From Octopus sinensis (lineage: Eukaryota), in the NCBI RefSeq assembly GCF_006345805.1, contig NC_043022.1:16864001-16928000 (forward strand): a DNA stretch of 64,000 nt, given 5' to 3'. How positions within the stretch are numbered: position 1 is the stretch's first letter; each line of letters opens with the position of its first letter. Position numbers and translations under genes: made by a program. The notes under the pieces are model-generated. The model was given only the letters and a program-made list of their open reading frames with translations. It was not told the DNA's origin and did no database searches. Positions 1 to 10,560 of this stretch are shown here, piece by piece.

Positions 1-53
1 TTATTTCATTTTGTATTGGAAATCAAATTCGCATTTGTTTCTTATTATTTGTT

Positions 54-86
<33 letters not shown>

Positions 87-1346
87 TCCTTTATCCAGTT
101 TGTTTACTTCACTTCTCTCTCTCTCTCTCCACCCTAATTCATTCTCCCAGTTTCACTACTGAAATAAACTACTGTGATACTTTATGCATGAAGCACTGGC
201 TTTCTTTGGCTAATCCTTTCTTTTTTTCCCATCCTCTCTCTTCAACCTTCAACTTTCTATACAAACCCTTCTATAATCATGTCGTCATCCTATCAGCTAC
301 ATTCATGGCAATGTTGGTCATGTGATCGCATCACATGACTGCATGTCTGCTAATTAAAGTTTTGATTTCAACAATTATTTCTGTGTGTGTTGACAATATT
401 TTTTTTAATGCAATTTATTGAGATCTCTGTTTCAGTTTATTGTGAGAATTCTTTGATTGCTGAAGACGTTGCTTAAGAAAATGGTGCAAGACAGGCACTG
501 GACCAGTTTCTATTTCGCCAGAGTGATTCTTGATCAAACAGCCTGAGACCATCCAACCAGACTGGAATCTCTTTGACGATGATTTTGGATTTTCATAGAA
601 AATAAAACCAAGTTAAGTGGATGAATTCAAGTACATTATAGAAAACTCTTTTATTGGCCCTGGAGGGTAACACAATAAATGAGAACTTAAGTTTAAATAC
701 CCAACACGGGTAGATATTTCCTGAGTACCACATGGCAATTGGTGTGGCAACTTACAACCACTGCCATCCTCTCTCTCTTTCCCTGTATATATATTTATAT
801 AACCACAGGGTCAACCAGACCATCTGATGTTGTTACATACCACTGGTCACAATGCACTTCCAATCCTATCTTGACCAAGATTGTTTGACCAAGTCATCTT
901 CCCATCATTATGGAGGCTTTCCAATCTCTTGGACTCAGCAAATGCACAAGTCCATCTGTGGCCTGTGAACCTTGCAACATGTCTGGCCCGGTGGCACTTG
1001 TGCTGTCAATATTTTGCAATCACATCAAAATGAGATAAACGAAATGAAAAAAAAAAAAAGAATATAGCCATAAAAATGGTAAACCATCAATGACCATCAC
1101 TTTTGAATGAGATTAAAGGTGACCTATCTCACTTGTCCATGGCTTTCAGGTATTTTAAAACCCAGCATTTTCAGAGAGTCTTCTCCACCTTGCCAACTTG
1201 CAGCAAATACACAAAGCAGGATTGATGTTGAAATTCATCAGGGAGGTTTTTCCTACCCCAAAACTGTGCCGGACTTAACAAAACATAAATATCTTGGACT
1301 CGATATTAACACTGGAATCTTAGCTGGGATGTGAATGATATGAATG

Positions 1347-1965
1347 ATATATATATGTGTATATATATATATAGATATATATATATATATATATATGTAT
1401 GTATATATATATATGTATATATATGTATGTATGTTATATATGTATATATATGTATGTATGTATATATATGTATATATTGTATATATATATATATATATGT
1501 ATATAATATATATATGTATATATATATATATGTATTATATATAATGTATATATATGTATATATATATATATGTATATATATATATTGTATATATTATATA
1601 TGTATATATTGTATATATATATGTATATATATATATGTATATATATGTATATATATATTATAGAATATATGTATATATATGTATATATATATATGTATAT
1701 ATATCTGTATATATATATATGTATATATATATATGTATATATATATGTATATATATATGTATAATATATGTAATAATATATGTATATATATATATGTATA
1801 TATATATATGTATATATATATATGTATATATATGTATATATATATATATGTATATATGTATATATATATATGTATATATATGTATATATATATATGTATA
1901 TATGTATATTATATATGTATATATATATATATGTATATATGTATATATATATGTTATATATATAT
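1347..1965. repeat. Very long degenerate (TA)n/(TATG)n microsatellite
   Basis: ~620 bp almost entirely TA dinucleotides with G interruptions. Confidence 0.97.
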
Positions 1966-3262
1966 CATCATCATCATTTAGCGTCTGTTTTCCATGCTAG
2001 CATGGGTTGGACGGTTCAACTGGGGTCTGGGGAGCCCGAAGGCTGCACCAGGCCAGTCAGATCTGGCAGTTTTCTACAGCTGGATGCCCTCCTAACGCCA
2101 ACCACTCCGAGAGTGTATGGGTGATTTTATGTGCCACCGACAGGTGCCAGACGAGGCTGGCAGACGGCCACGCTCGGATGGTGTTTTTATGTGCCACCGA
2201 CACAGGTGCCAGATGAGGCTGGCGGACGGCCACGATCGGATGGTGTTTTGTTACGTCCCCAAAGCACGGAGGCCAGTCTATGCGGTACTGGCTACGGCCA
2301 CGTTCGGATGAATTTCTTGTGTGCCACCGGCACTGGTACCACAAAGATACAAATTCCATTTATGTCATCTATTTTGATTTGTTTTGATTTGATTTGATTT
2401 GATTTCACTTGCCTCAACAGGTCTTCACAAGTGTCACAAGAAGGAAGGTATGCACAGGTGGACTGTCTACGTCGCCGGGTCTTCGATGGTGTCTTTATGT
2501 GCAAGCCACAGGTGCCAGATGTGGCTGGCGAACGGCCATGATCGGATGGTTTTCTTGTGTGCACCGGTACTGGAACCACAAAGATACAATTCCATTGATG
2601 TTCATCTATTTTGATTTGGTTTGATTTTCACTTGCCTCAACAGGTCTTCACAAGTGTCACGCGTGTCACACGTGTCCACACTTCCCTCAACAGGTCTCCA
2701 CAAGTGTTCACCACACTTGCCTCTGCCTCAACAGGTCTTACAAAGTGTCACACACTTGCCTCTGCCTAACAGTCTTCACAGGTGTAATAGAGGGAAGTAA
2801 AGCACAGGTGGACTGACTACGTTGCGGGTCTTTGGATGGTGTTTTTATGTGCCCCGACACAGGGGCCAGGTGAGGCTGGCGAACGGCCACGATCAGATGG
2901 TGTTTTTTGTGCCCGTGTCCCACAGCACGGAGGCCAGTCGATGCGGTACCAGCTACGGCCACGTTCGGATGGTTTTCTTGTGTGCCCCGGTACTGGAACC
3001 ACAAAGATACAAATTCCATTGATATTCATCTATTTTGATTGGTTTGATTTTCACTTGCCTCAACAGGTCTTCACAAGGGTCACACACTTGCCTCAACAGG
3101 TCCCACAAGTGTCACACACTTGCCTCTGCCTCAACAGGTCTTCACAAGTGTCACACACACTTGCCTCAACAGGTCTTCACAAGTGTCATATAAGAGGGAA
3201 GGTATGCACAGGTGGACTGACTACGTCGCCGGGTCTTTGGATGGTGTCTTTATGTGCCACCG
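1966..3262 (-). mobile_element. RTE-LINE-derived 3' end element with internally amplified subrepeats
   Basis: (CAT)n tail, then gtttagcgtctgttttccatgctagcatgggttggacgg... Many tandem copies of tttatgtgccacc..gg and cacttgcctcaacaggtcttcacaagtgtca. The same tail follows RTE coding sequence at 42041-42705. Confidence 0.75.
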
Positions 3263-3820
3263 GCTGCTTGCGAAGACCTGTTGGGGCAAGTAAAATCGAA
3301 ATTGGAATCGAAATTGAACCAATCCTATCACTGGCACCCAGCAGTTGCCAGGACCGCTGGACTGACTCCTGTGCAGGGGGCAAGTGAAGAAACACCATTT
3401 TGACCCTGTGCTTGAGGAGATCCATTGAGTCAAGTACACCGACATCAAAATCAATGGAAACTGCAGTTGTGACCCCTGAGCCAGTGGCACGTAAAAAGCA
3501 CCAACTGAAGGTGGCCGATGCCAGCGCCACCCAGACTGGCTTCCGTGCCAGTGGCATATAAAAAGCGCTATCCGAATCGTGGCTTCGGTGTCGGTGGCAC
3601 GTAAAATGCACCAATCCGATCGTGACCGTTGCCAGCCTCGCCTGGCACGTAAAAAGCACCCACTACACTCACGGAGTGGTTGGCGTTAGGAAGGGCATCC
3701 AGCCGTAGGAACACTGCCAGATCAGACTGGAGCCTGGTGCAGCCTCCTGGCTTCCCAGATCCCCGGTCGAACCGTCCAACCCATGCCAGCATGGAGAACG
3801 GATGTTAAACAATGATGATG
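3263..3820 (+). mobile_element. RTE-LINE-derived 3' end element
   Basis: gcacgtaaaaagcacc subrepeats, ggagtggttggcgttaggaagggcatccagc, ccaacccatgccagcatgga, (GAT)n tail. Confidence 0.8.
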
Positions 3821-3974
3821 TATATGTATGTATGTATGTATAAATATATATATATATATATATATGTATGTATATATATGTATATGTATGTATATATATT
3901 TATGCATATATATGTACATATATATAAACATATATATATATATACATACATATATATACATATATGTATGTATG

Positions 3975-4007
<33 letters not shown>

Positions 4008-4039
4008 GCAAGGAAAAATTATAAAAAGGAAGAATGCTA

Positions 4040-4800
4040 AATTGAAGGTAGATTTTAATGAAAATGGGTTTGGGGTTGTGTGTGTTGTTGGGTGGTTTTC
4101 AATCTATTGTTGTCTAGTTCTTTGGCGCGTTTTATTCCATACTCTATAAGGGTGGAGGCATATTGGCGTTGTAATAGTGTTATTTTGAGGTCTTGAAGGC
4201 GTATTGCTCGAGTTTTTGGATCCGAGACAATGGTGCATACCCTTTTAGCTAAGTTGAAAGGGATATTTGTGTTGGTGTGTTTGGGTGGCATGAGCTAAAG
4301 AGGGGGTATTGTTGGGAGTCTGTAGGTTTGTGGTAGATGTCTGTTATGATTTGGTTGTTAGGGGTTTCATCCGTTTGTGGCCGTTGCCAGCCCCGCGCCG
4401 GTGGCACATAAAAAGCACCATCCGATCGTGGCCGTTGCCAGCCCCGCCTGGCACATAAAAAGCACCGTCCGATCGTGGCCGTTTGCCAGACTCGTCTGGC
4501 ACGTAAAAAGCACCCACTACACTCTTAGAGTGGTTGGCGTTAGGAAGGGCATCAAGCCGTAGAAACATTGCCAGATCAAACTGGGCCTGGTGCAGCCTCC
4601 TGGCTTCCCAGACCCCACTTGAACCATCCAACCCATGCTAGCATGGAAAGCGGACGTTAAACGATGATGAGATCAAGGAAAGGGAGATGATGTTTGCTGA
4701 ATTCCATAGTGAATTGGATGTTGGGATGTCTGTTGTTCAGGATGGTTTTGAATTCCAGAAACTTTTCATAGGATTCTTTAAAATTGACAATCCCAATTGA
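4040..4800 (-). mobile_element. Penelope-like element reverse transcriptase fragment, frameshifted and interrupted
   Basis: Translates LNNRHPNIQFTMEFSKHHLPFLDL / IITDIYHKPTDSQQY..FSSCHP / KHTNTNIPFNLAKRVCTIVSD..RLQDLK, a typical PLE RT C-terminal region. Confidence 0.8.
4370..4669 (+). mobile_element. RTE 3' end element nested in the Penelope-like RT fragment
   Basis: Same tail sequence as 3263-3820, ending gttaaacgatgatga. It splits LPFLDLII from TPNNQIITDIYHK. Confidence 0.8.
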
Positions 4801-5050
4801 AGAGCACAAAATCCACACAGAGTTGTCTCCCCTTACAGGAACTGGATAACTCCCGCCCCATTTCCTGTTTTGATGTCCTAAACTAAACACGTGGATCTAA
4901 TCTCACTCCAAGGTAACTTTTTAAAAAGAACTTTCTTCCAACTCCAGACACACAAACACTTTACAATGTATCGGTGGACCTATTCTGGAATTCTTGTATA
5001 TGTTTATTATTCTTTTGGCAAAAAACAATGTAATTTTCTTTTCACTTTGC

Positions 5051-5092
5051 AATTCTTGAAAAGTCTCATTGGGACGAAAACCGGTTGGAGTT
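5051..5092 (+). ncRNA. Hammerhead-ribozyme-like motif with U3-A8 core variant (cleavage triplet UUG, probably inactive)
   Basis: AATTC-TTGAAAA-GTCTC att GGGAC-GAAA-A CCGG T-TG-GAGTT: stems I, II and III all form, with a palindromic CCGG loop III. Confidence 0.55.
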
Positions 5093-5097
5093 GATAT

Positions 5098-5264
5098 CTC
5101 TTTACTCTTTTACTTGTTTCAGTCATTTGACTACGGCCATGCTGGAGCACCACCTTTAGTCGAGCAAATCAACCCCGGGACTTATTCTTTTGTAAGCCCA
5201 GTACTTATTCTATCGGGGACATAAACACACCAGCATCGGTTGTCAAGCAATGCTAGGGGGACAA

Positions 5265-5299
<35 letters not shown>

Positions 5300-5462
5300 C
5301 GATGGGCTTCTTTCAGTTTCCGTCTACCAAATCCACTCACAAGGCTTTGGTCGGCCCGAGGCTATAGTAGAAGACACCTGTCCAAGGTGCCACGCACTGG
5401 GACTGAACCCGGAACCATGTGGTTGGTTAACAAGCTACTTACCACACAGCCACTCCTGCGCC
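5098..5462 (-). mobile_element. tRNA-headed SINE family A (CORE-like), near full length
   Basis: Reverse complement of 28672-29089, with internal (TA)n(CA)n and a taaaagag tail. Confidence 0.85.
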
Positions 5463-6734
5463 TTTAAAAAAAAAATAATTTTTTTAAATTTTCCATTCAC
5501 CCATTTTCATTAAAATTTACCTTCAATTTAGCTTTCTGCCTTTTTATAATTTTGGATCTTTTAGTTAACTAGAAATTATCTTACAAACTGCCGTTCAAAA
5601 GGAAAAGATCCATAATTTCTCCTTGCCTATCATTTCTCCATGTGCCATCAACACAACCCCACCATTTATTGATTTATATATATACATACATATATGTATG
5701 TGTGTATATATATATATATATGTCTATGTATATATACATGTGTGTATATATATATACTGTTGTGTCTGGGGAGAGTCATTCTCTTTTTGTGCCTTATAAT
5801 TTAAAACACTCACCGGTAAAATTTCCACTTATTTCTTATTTTCATTTTCCTAAAATTTTCGTCGCATCTTGCAACCTCTTCAAGAGTCTCGACTCTTGAC
5901 TGTCCCTTATTTACACTGCGATCCTTGTTTTGTTTGTTTGTGCACGTGTGTGTGTGTGTGTGTATGTATGTATTCATGTGTTTGTGTATTTGTATATGTA
6001 TGCACGTCTGTTTCCTTGTGTGTGTGTTTTGCAACTATGTCCCATGTTTGTCTGTATGGATGTGCATCTCTATACGCGTGGACCCATGTCTCTGTATGTG
6101 TCCTTGTTTGCGGTAAAGTGTGTGTGTGTGTGCTTGTCTGTTCTTATAACCTATGTACCGAACCGTCTGTATGTTGATCTGTTTATTCATATATACACAC
6201 ACACATATAGATAGAAATAATTATATATATCTATATACATGGAGGGCTGCTTTCAGTTTTGGTCTCCAAAGTCCACTTACAAGACTTTGGTCTTTCTAAA
6301 GAATTTTTTTTTTATTTCAGAAGATGACAGAAAAAACAAATTAAGACAAAAAGTTTTACTTTCATCTTAATCAGTTTTGAACGTTTGTCGGGATGTCTTC
6401 CAGTTCCTTGTCTGTGCACAACTTTAACCATTGGCCTACTGGGTCCTCTGTTAAGGCAAAAATAAGATGAAGAACGAAAATAGGTTTAGATATCCTATTT
6501 TTGAAGCGATTCCAGATGCTGCACTCATAGTTGTGTTGATAATTAACATCAATAACGTTGTAAGATGACAGAGGTTTCAAACTCTACTTAGAGCTACTGT
6601 TAAGGTGGGGTTGTTTTTTTTTTAAACTCTTGTTGATCAAACAAAAAAAATCTATCTGCACCCTTACCCCCCCCCCCCATTAATTTCTGTAGAAATTAAG
6701 ATAATTAAATCTCCCACAGCATCAACTCAATAAT

Positions 6735-7680
6735 AAAAATAGGTTTAAATATCTCATAGTTTCACTGCTTTATGAGGTGGCTTAGTGGGTAAAAGGGTTG
6801 GTAATTTAATTACTAATCCTGTGTAGAGATAGAGGTTTCAATCTCTGTCTGTGACTATTTTTTTTTTCTTTAGCATCCTTGAAACAAAAGAAAAAAAAAT
6901 ATAAAAGTATCTCTCCTACACCCTGATTTGATCCCCCCAGGACAAGGTTGCTAACATCCCCCTTTGCACTGCTCACACCTTTACCCACGAGTCTACCGGC
7001 TCCCCCCAATAATTGCTGTCACTTATGAGATACTTAAATCTATAATTGTGTCCAATCATTAATAAAAATAGATTTAAATATCTCATTTTTGACAGCAATT
7101 ATTGGGGGGACCCGGTAGACTTGTGGGTAAAGGTGTGAGCAGTGTGAAGGGGGATGTTAGCAACCTTGTGCTGGGGGGATCAAATCAGGGTGTAGGAGAG
7201 ATTCTTTTTTTTTTTTTTGTTTCAAAGATGCTAAAAAAAATATAAAAGAATCTCTCCTACACCCTGATTTGATCCCCCCAGGACAAGGTTGTCAACATCG
7301 CACTGCTCACCTACGTACACCTTTACCCACGAGTCTACCGGGTCCCCCCAATAATTGCTGTCAAAAATGAGATACTTAAATCTATAATTGTGTCCAATCA
7401 TTAAAAAAATAGATTTAAATATCTCATTTTTTCACTGTTTTACAAGGTGAGGTCTGGTGGCTTAGTGGGTAAAAGGGTTGGTAACTTAATTACTAATCCT
7501 GTGTAGAGATAGAGGTTTCAATCTCTGTCTGCAACTTTTTTTTTTTTAGCATCCTTGAAACAAACAAAAAAATATAAAAGAATCTCTCCCCTACACCCTG
7601 ATTTGAACCCCCCAGGACAAGGTTGCTATCATCCCCCTCCACACTGCTCACCTACGTACACCTTTACCCACGAGTCTATC
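6735..7680. repeat. Complex direct/inverted rearranged repeat cluster with a tRNA-like head
   Basis: ~150-bp unit (tagcatcc...ctacaccctgatttgatccccccaggacaaggttg...ccccaataattgctgtca) at ~6870(+), ~7085(-), ~7240(+), ~7548(+). Head ggtggcttagtgggtaaaagggttgg...ggtttcaatc at ~6776 and ~7456. Confidence 0.8.
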
Positions 7681-7879
7681 TGTCATCAGACTGTGGCCAT
7701 GCTGGGGCACCTACACTTCTTTTTAAAGCCTGGCTCTTATTCCATCAGTCTCTTTTTCCAAACCACTACATTATGCGGATGCAAACACACCAATGCTGGT
7801 CGACAAACAGGAGTTGGAACACACACACACACGTGTATATATATATGTATGTATATATACATATATATATAATTTAAGT

Positions 7880-8830
7880 AATATGGTATACACAGGGAGT
7901 TTTGTTAATTTTAAGCAAAGCTTTCCAGCACACCTGCATTACTTTGAGCCTTACATCACTAGTAAGACTACTTCGTTAGCTACCTGTATAAACAAATTGA
8001 ACCAAAATCAAGTTACCTGTAGATTAGATTGGTCAATAATAGATTCTGCTACACCTTACACACGTAAGTCTAATAGTTGCCGTCTCTGTACAAAGGAGTC
8101 CCTCTATATTCTACTGTTTAGTCAAAAGAACTTAATAAATTGTCAACATGTAGACACAAATTCTCTAAAACTTTGAAATATTATAAAAGATGCAACAAAG
8201 ATTGACATTAGCATCTATTATTTACCATTTAGAGATATCAAAATAAGGAAATAATTATAAATAAATCGATAAAGTAATTAAAATATTTTTGATTATAGAG
8301 ATATTTACACGACATATACTATATACGTTAAACAATTGATAAATTGGTTTTCTTAGAATTTGAACCTGTACACATCTATCCTACAATAAATACACCTTTA
8401 CAGTTGTAATAATAATAATTTATTTTTTAAATTAGAATTTAAAATCTTCCAATTATACAAATAAAAATTTAATACTGATACTTTTGACTATCAAAATCAA
8501 CCTTGTACATCTCAAATATGGAATGCAGGATAAGGGACTGTTTACACAAAATTGTTAGGGATTACTGAGATGAATTTACCATGGATATGTGTGTATATAT
8601 ACACAAACTTTAAATTTTCTTAGCAAAGTCTACCTTCATAAATCTAAACCAGTAAATTTTAATCTATTTTTCAAAAATACTTTCTTATATATTTTCCTAA
8701 TTTTAAAACAACATTCAATATATTATAAAAACTTTATCTTCTCTGACGAGTGGAAATATTGTCTTTCAATGTGTATCATTAATGAATTCCATTATAATGA
8801 CAATACTTTCGTGAAACGATCGTAAGATGC
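7880..8830 (+). mobile_element. Penelope-like element 3' fragment: GIY-YIG endonuclease end plus AT-rich terminal region
   Basis: VYTGS..NFKQ...HL..F....TSLA.....L....DWSIIDSATPY.RKSNSCRLCTKE.LYIL, followed by a hammerhead motif at 8740-8827. Confidence 0.7.
8740..8827 (+). ncRNA. Hammerhead ribozyme motif (type I) with extended stem II
   Basis: TCT-CTGACGA(8743-8749)-stem II 8750-8763/8799-8812 (13 of 14 pairs incl. G.U)-GAAA-C GATC G-TA-AGA. Confidence 0.7.
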
Positions 8831-9229
8831 ATTAATTAACAAATTTTTAAACTGTCACATTTCATATATTTACATATATTTTTAATACAATACTATTTTA
8901 GACAAATATATCTTCATGAGAAATTTTGTTTGATATTGAATTTAATGCTATCATTTCAAAATACAAGATATATAATCGCTCATATTAATGTCTAAATACT
9001 TTAGAGTATTAATATTTTTGACATTTTATACAAAGAGCACTCATTATAAATTCAAACAGGATATATTTAATTAATGATATATATATATATATGTATGTGT
9101 GTGTGTATATATATTGCTCTAAGTGCCATGCAGTGGGACTGAAGCTGGAAATATGGAGTTGGTAAGCAAGCTACTTAACACAGTCACTCCTATATATATA
9201 TATATAATATATATATATTTTTAATCCAA

Positions 9230-9710
9230 ACGGGAAACAAAAAAACAACAACAATGGAACAATTACAGTATTATTATTAATAGGCGCTCAGGAAATGGAA
9301 GCAGGGAGTTATGACGTTTCGAGCGGAGCTCTTCGTCGGAAACATAAAGAAGGAAGAGAGAGGAAAGAAAGATCCCAGAGCAGGCAACAGGGAAAGAGAA
9401 AAAAGACGACTGGTGTTTACGAGTTGCACATGGTGAAAGGCGGATGTTTACGAAAACAGAGCAAAGTGGGTTTTTAAAGGCAAAAGAGTGGAGATAAGGT
9501 TGGTAACGCAACAGATGTGTGTGTATGTGTAAGTGTGTGCGTGTGCGTGTGTGTATGAGGCGAGATGAAAAAACACAAAAATATATATGTGTGTGTTAGT
9601 GTGTGCGTCTGTGTGTAGGCGTGTGAGGTAGGGCGAGACTAGTGGTCAGCTTAGCAGACAAGGTCAGTAGTAAGAAAAAGAAGGAAGGAGGGAGGGGAAG
9701 GGGTGGGGAC
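9230..9710 (-). mobile_element. Penelope-like terminal repeat fragment with degenerate hammerhead
   Basis: Minus strand CCGACGA-A-GAGC tcc GCTC-GAAA-CG-TC followed by ttcctgagcg. Same layout as the motifs at 33191 and 59117. Confidence 0.55.
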
Positions 9711-9750
9711 GTATATGTATATATATATATATATATATATAATACGCTCA

Positions 9751-10560
9751 CAGGATATCCTCCCACAAAACGTCTATATGCACTTCAACAACTGACCCTT
9801 CCCGTTTCTTTTTAGATTGAACCCCTAACAAATAATTAAGGGACCCAGACTAAGTTTTCAACAAAAGAAATCTGAAAATGCAGTTGAAGTAGAAAGAGAA
9901 TTTGGGAGGGAATTTCAAACAGATTCAACAAACCCCACAAGAATACGTATCAGAAACAGATTGGCCAAAGTTGAAGAAAATCTATGCAGCAAATGAGACA
10001 AGAATTTCAAAGGCAAACATCCATCAATTGCATTTTGAGGTTCACTCATTGGAAAAGTGATATTCCAAGAATAATCTTAATGATCCAGGCCAAAGAGTTT
10101 TATGGGTGATATTTGGCAAGATGTTGAGAATGATGAAAGCACATTTAAATGAAATGGCTCAATTAACCCCCAGAACGACACTCAATGGGGGACCTAAGAA
10201 GAATCTGTTTATTAGGGAGTCACACCATGTTAATTTACCAAGAATTACAGAATGGTGTGGATTATCATGAAAAGGACTCGATTGGACCGTTCTTTTTTGA
10301 TAGTTCTGTCACTGGTACCATTCACTTGAACTTGCTATGACAATCTGTGATGCCAAGCATTCAACAGAGCTTTGAAAATGTGGAGCTTTATTTCCAGTAA
10401 GATGAGGTACCCCTATACTACCCCAGTGATATAAGGGCCTACCTTGATGAGATTTTGTCTAACAGGTAGATTTCACAAAGAGGTCAAGTACAATACCCTC
10501 TGCACTCATCAGATGTCACACCACTAGACCTTTATTTAAAGGGTTTCTCATCATACCAGT
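9751..10560 (+). mobile_element. Decayed Tc1/mariner transposase, DD41D (rosa-like) family
   Basis: Fragments WCGLS..IGPFFFDSSVTG and YFQ*D...YPLHSSDVTPLD. Exactly 41 codons separate D at 10401 and D at 10527; many stops. Confidence 0.7.

Noticed and set aside
457-490. CTGAAGA...GAAA hammerhead candidate
   Set aside because: No convincing stem II, G at position 17 and only a 3-bp stem I; compatible with chance.
920-1030. RTE-like peptide on the minus strand (RARHVARFTGHRWT)
   Set aside because: Too short and degenerate to call with confidence.
1331-2124. Many Y/I/C/V/H/T-rich ORFs (also at 27.6-30.5, 33.3, 37.7-38.4, 47.6, 51.5 and 61.7 kb)
   Set aside because: They are translations of (TA)n/(CA)n/(TG)n microsatellites, which lack stop codons.
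2400-3190. CRISPR-like array (recurrent ~30-bp unit)
   Set aside because: Eukaryotic context, degenerate units, non-unique spacers and no cas genes; the unit belongs to a LINE 3' end.
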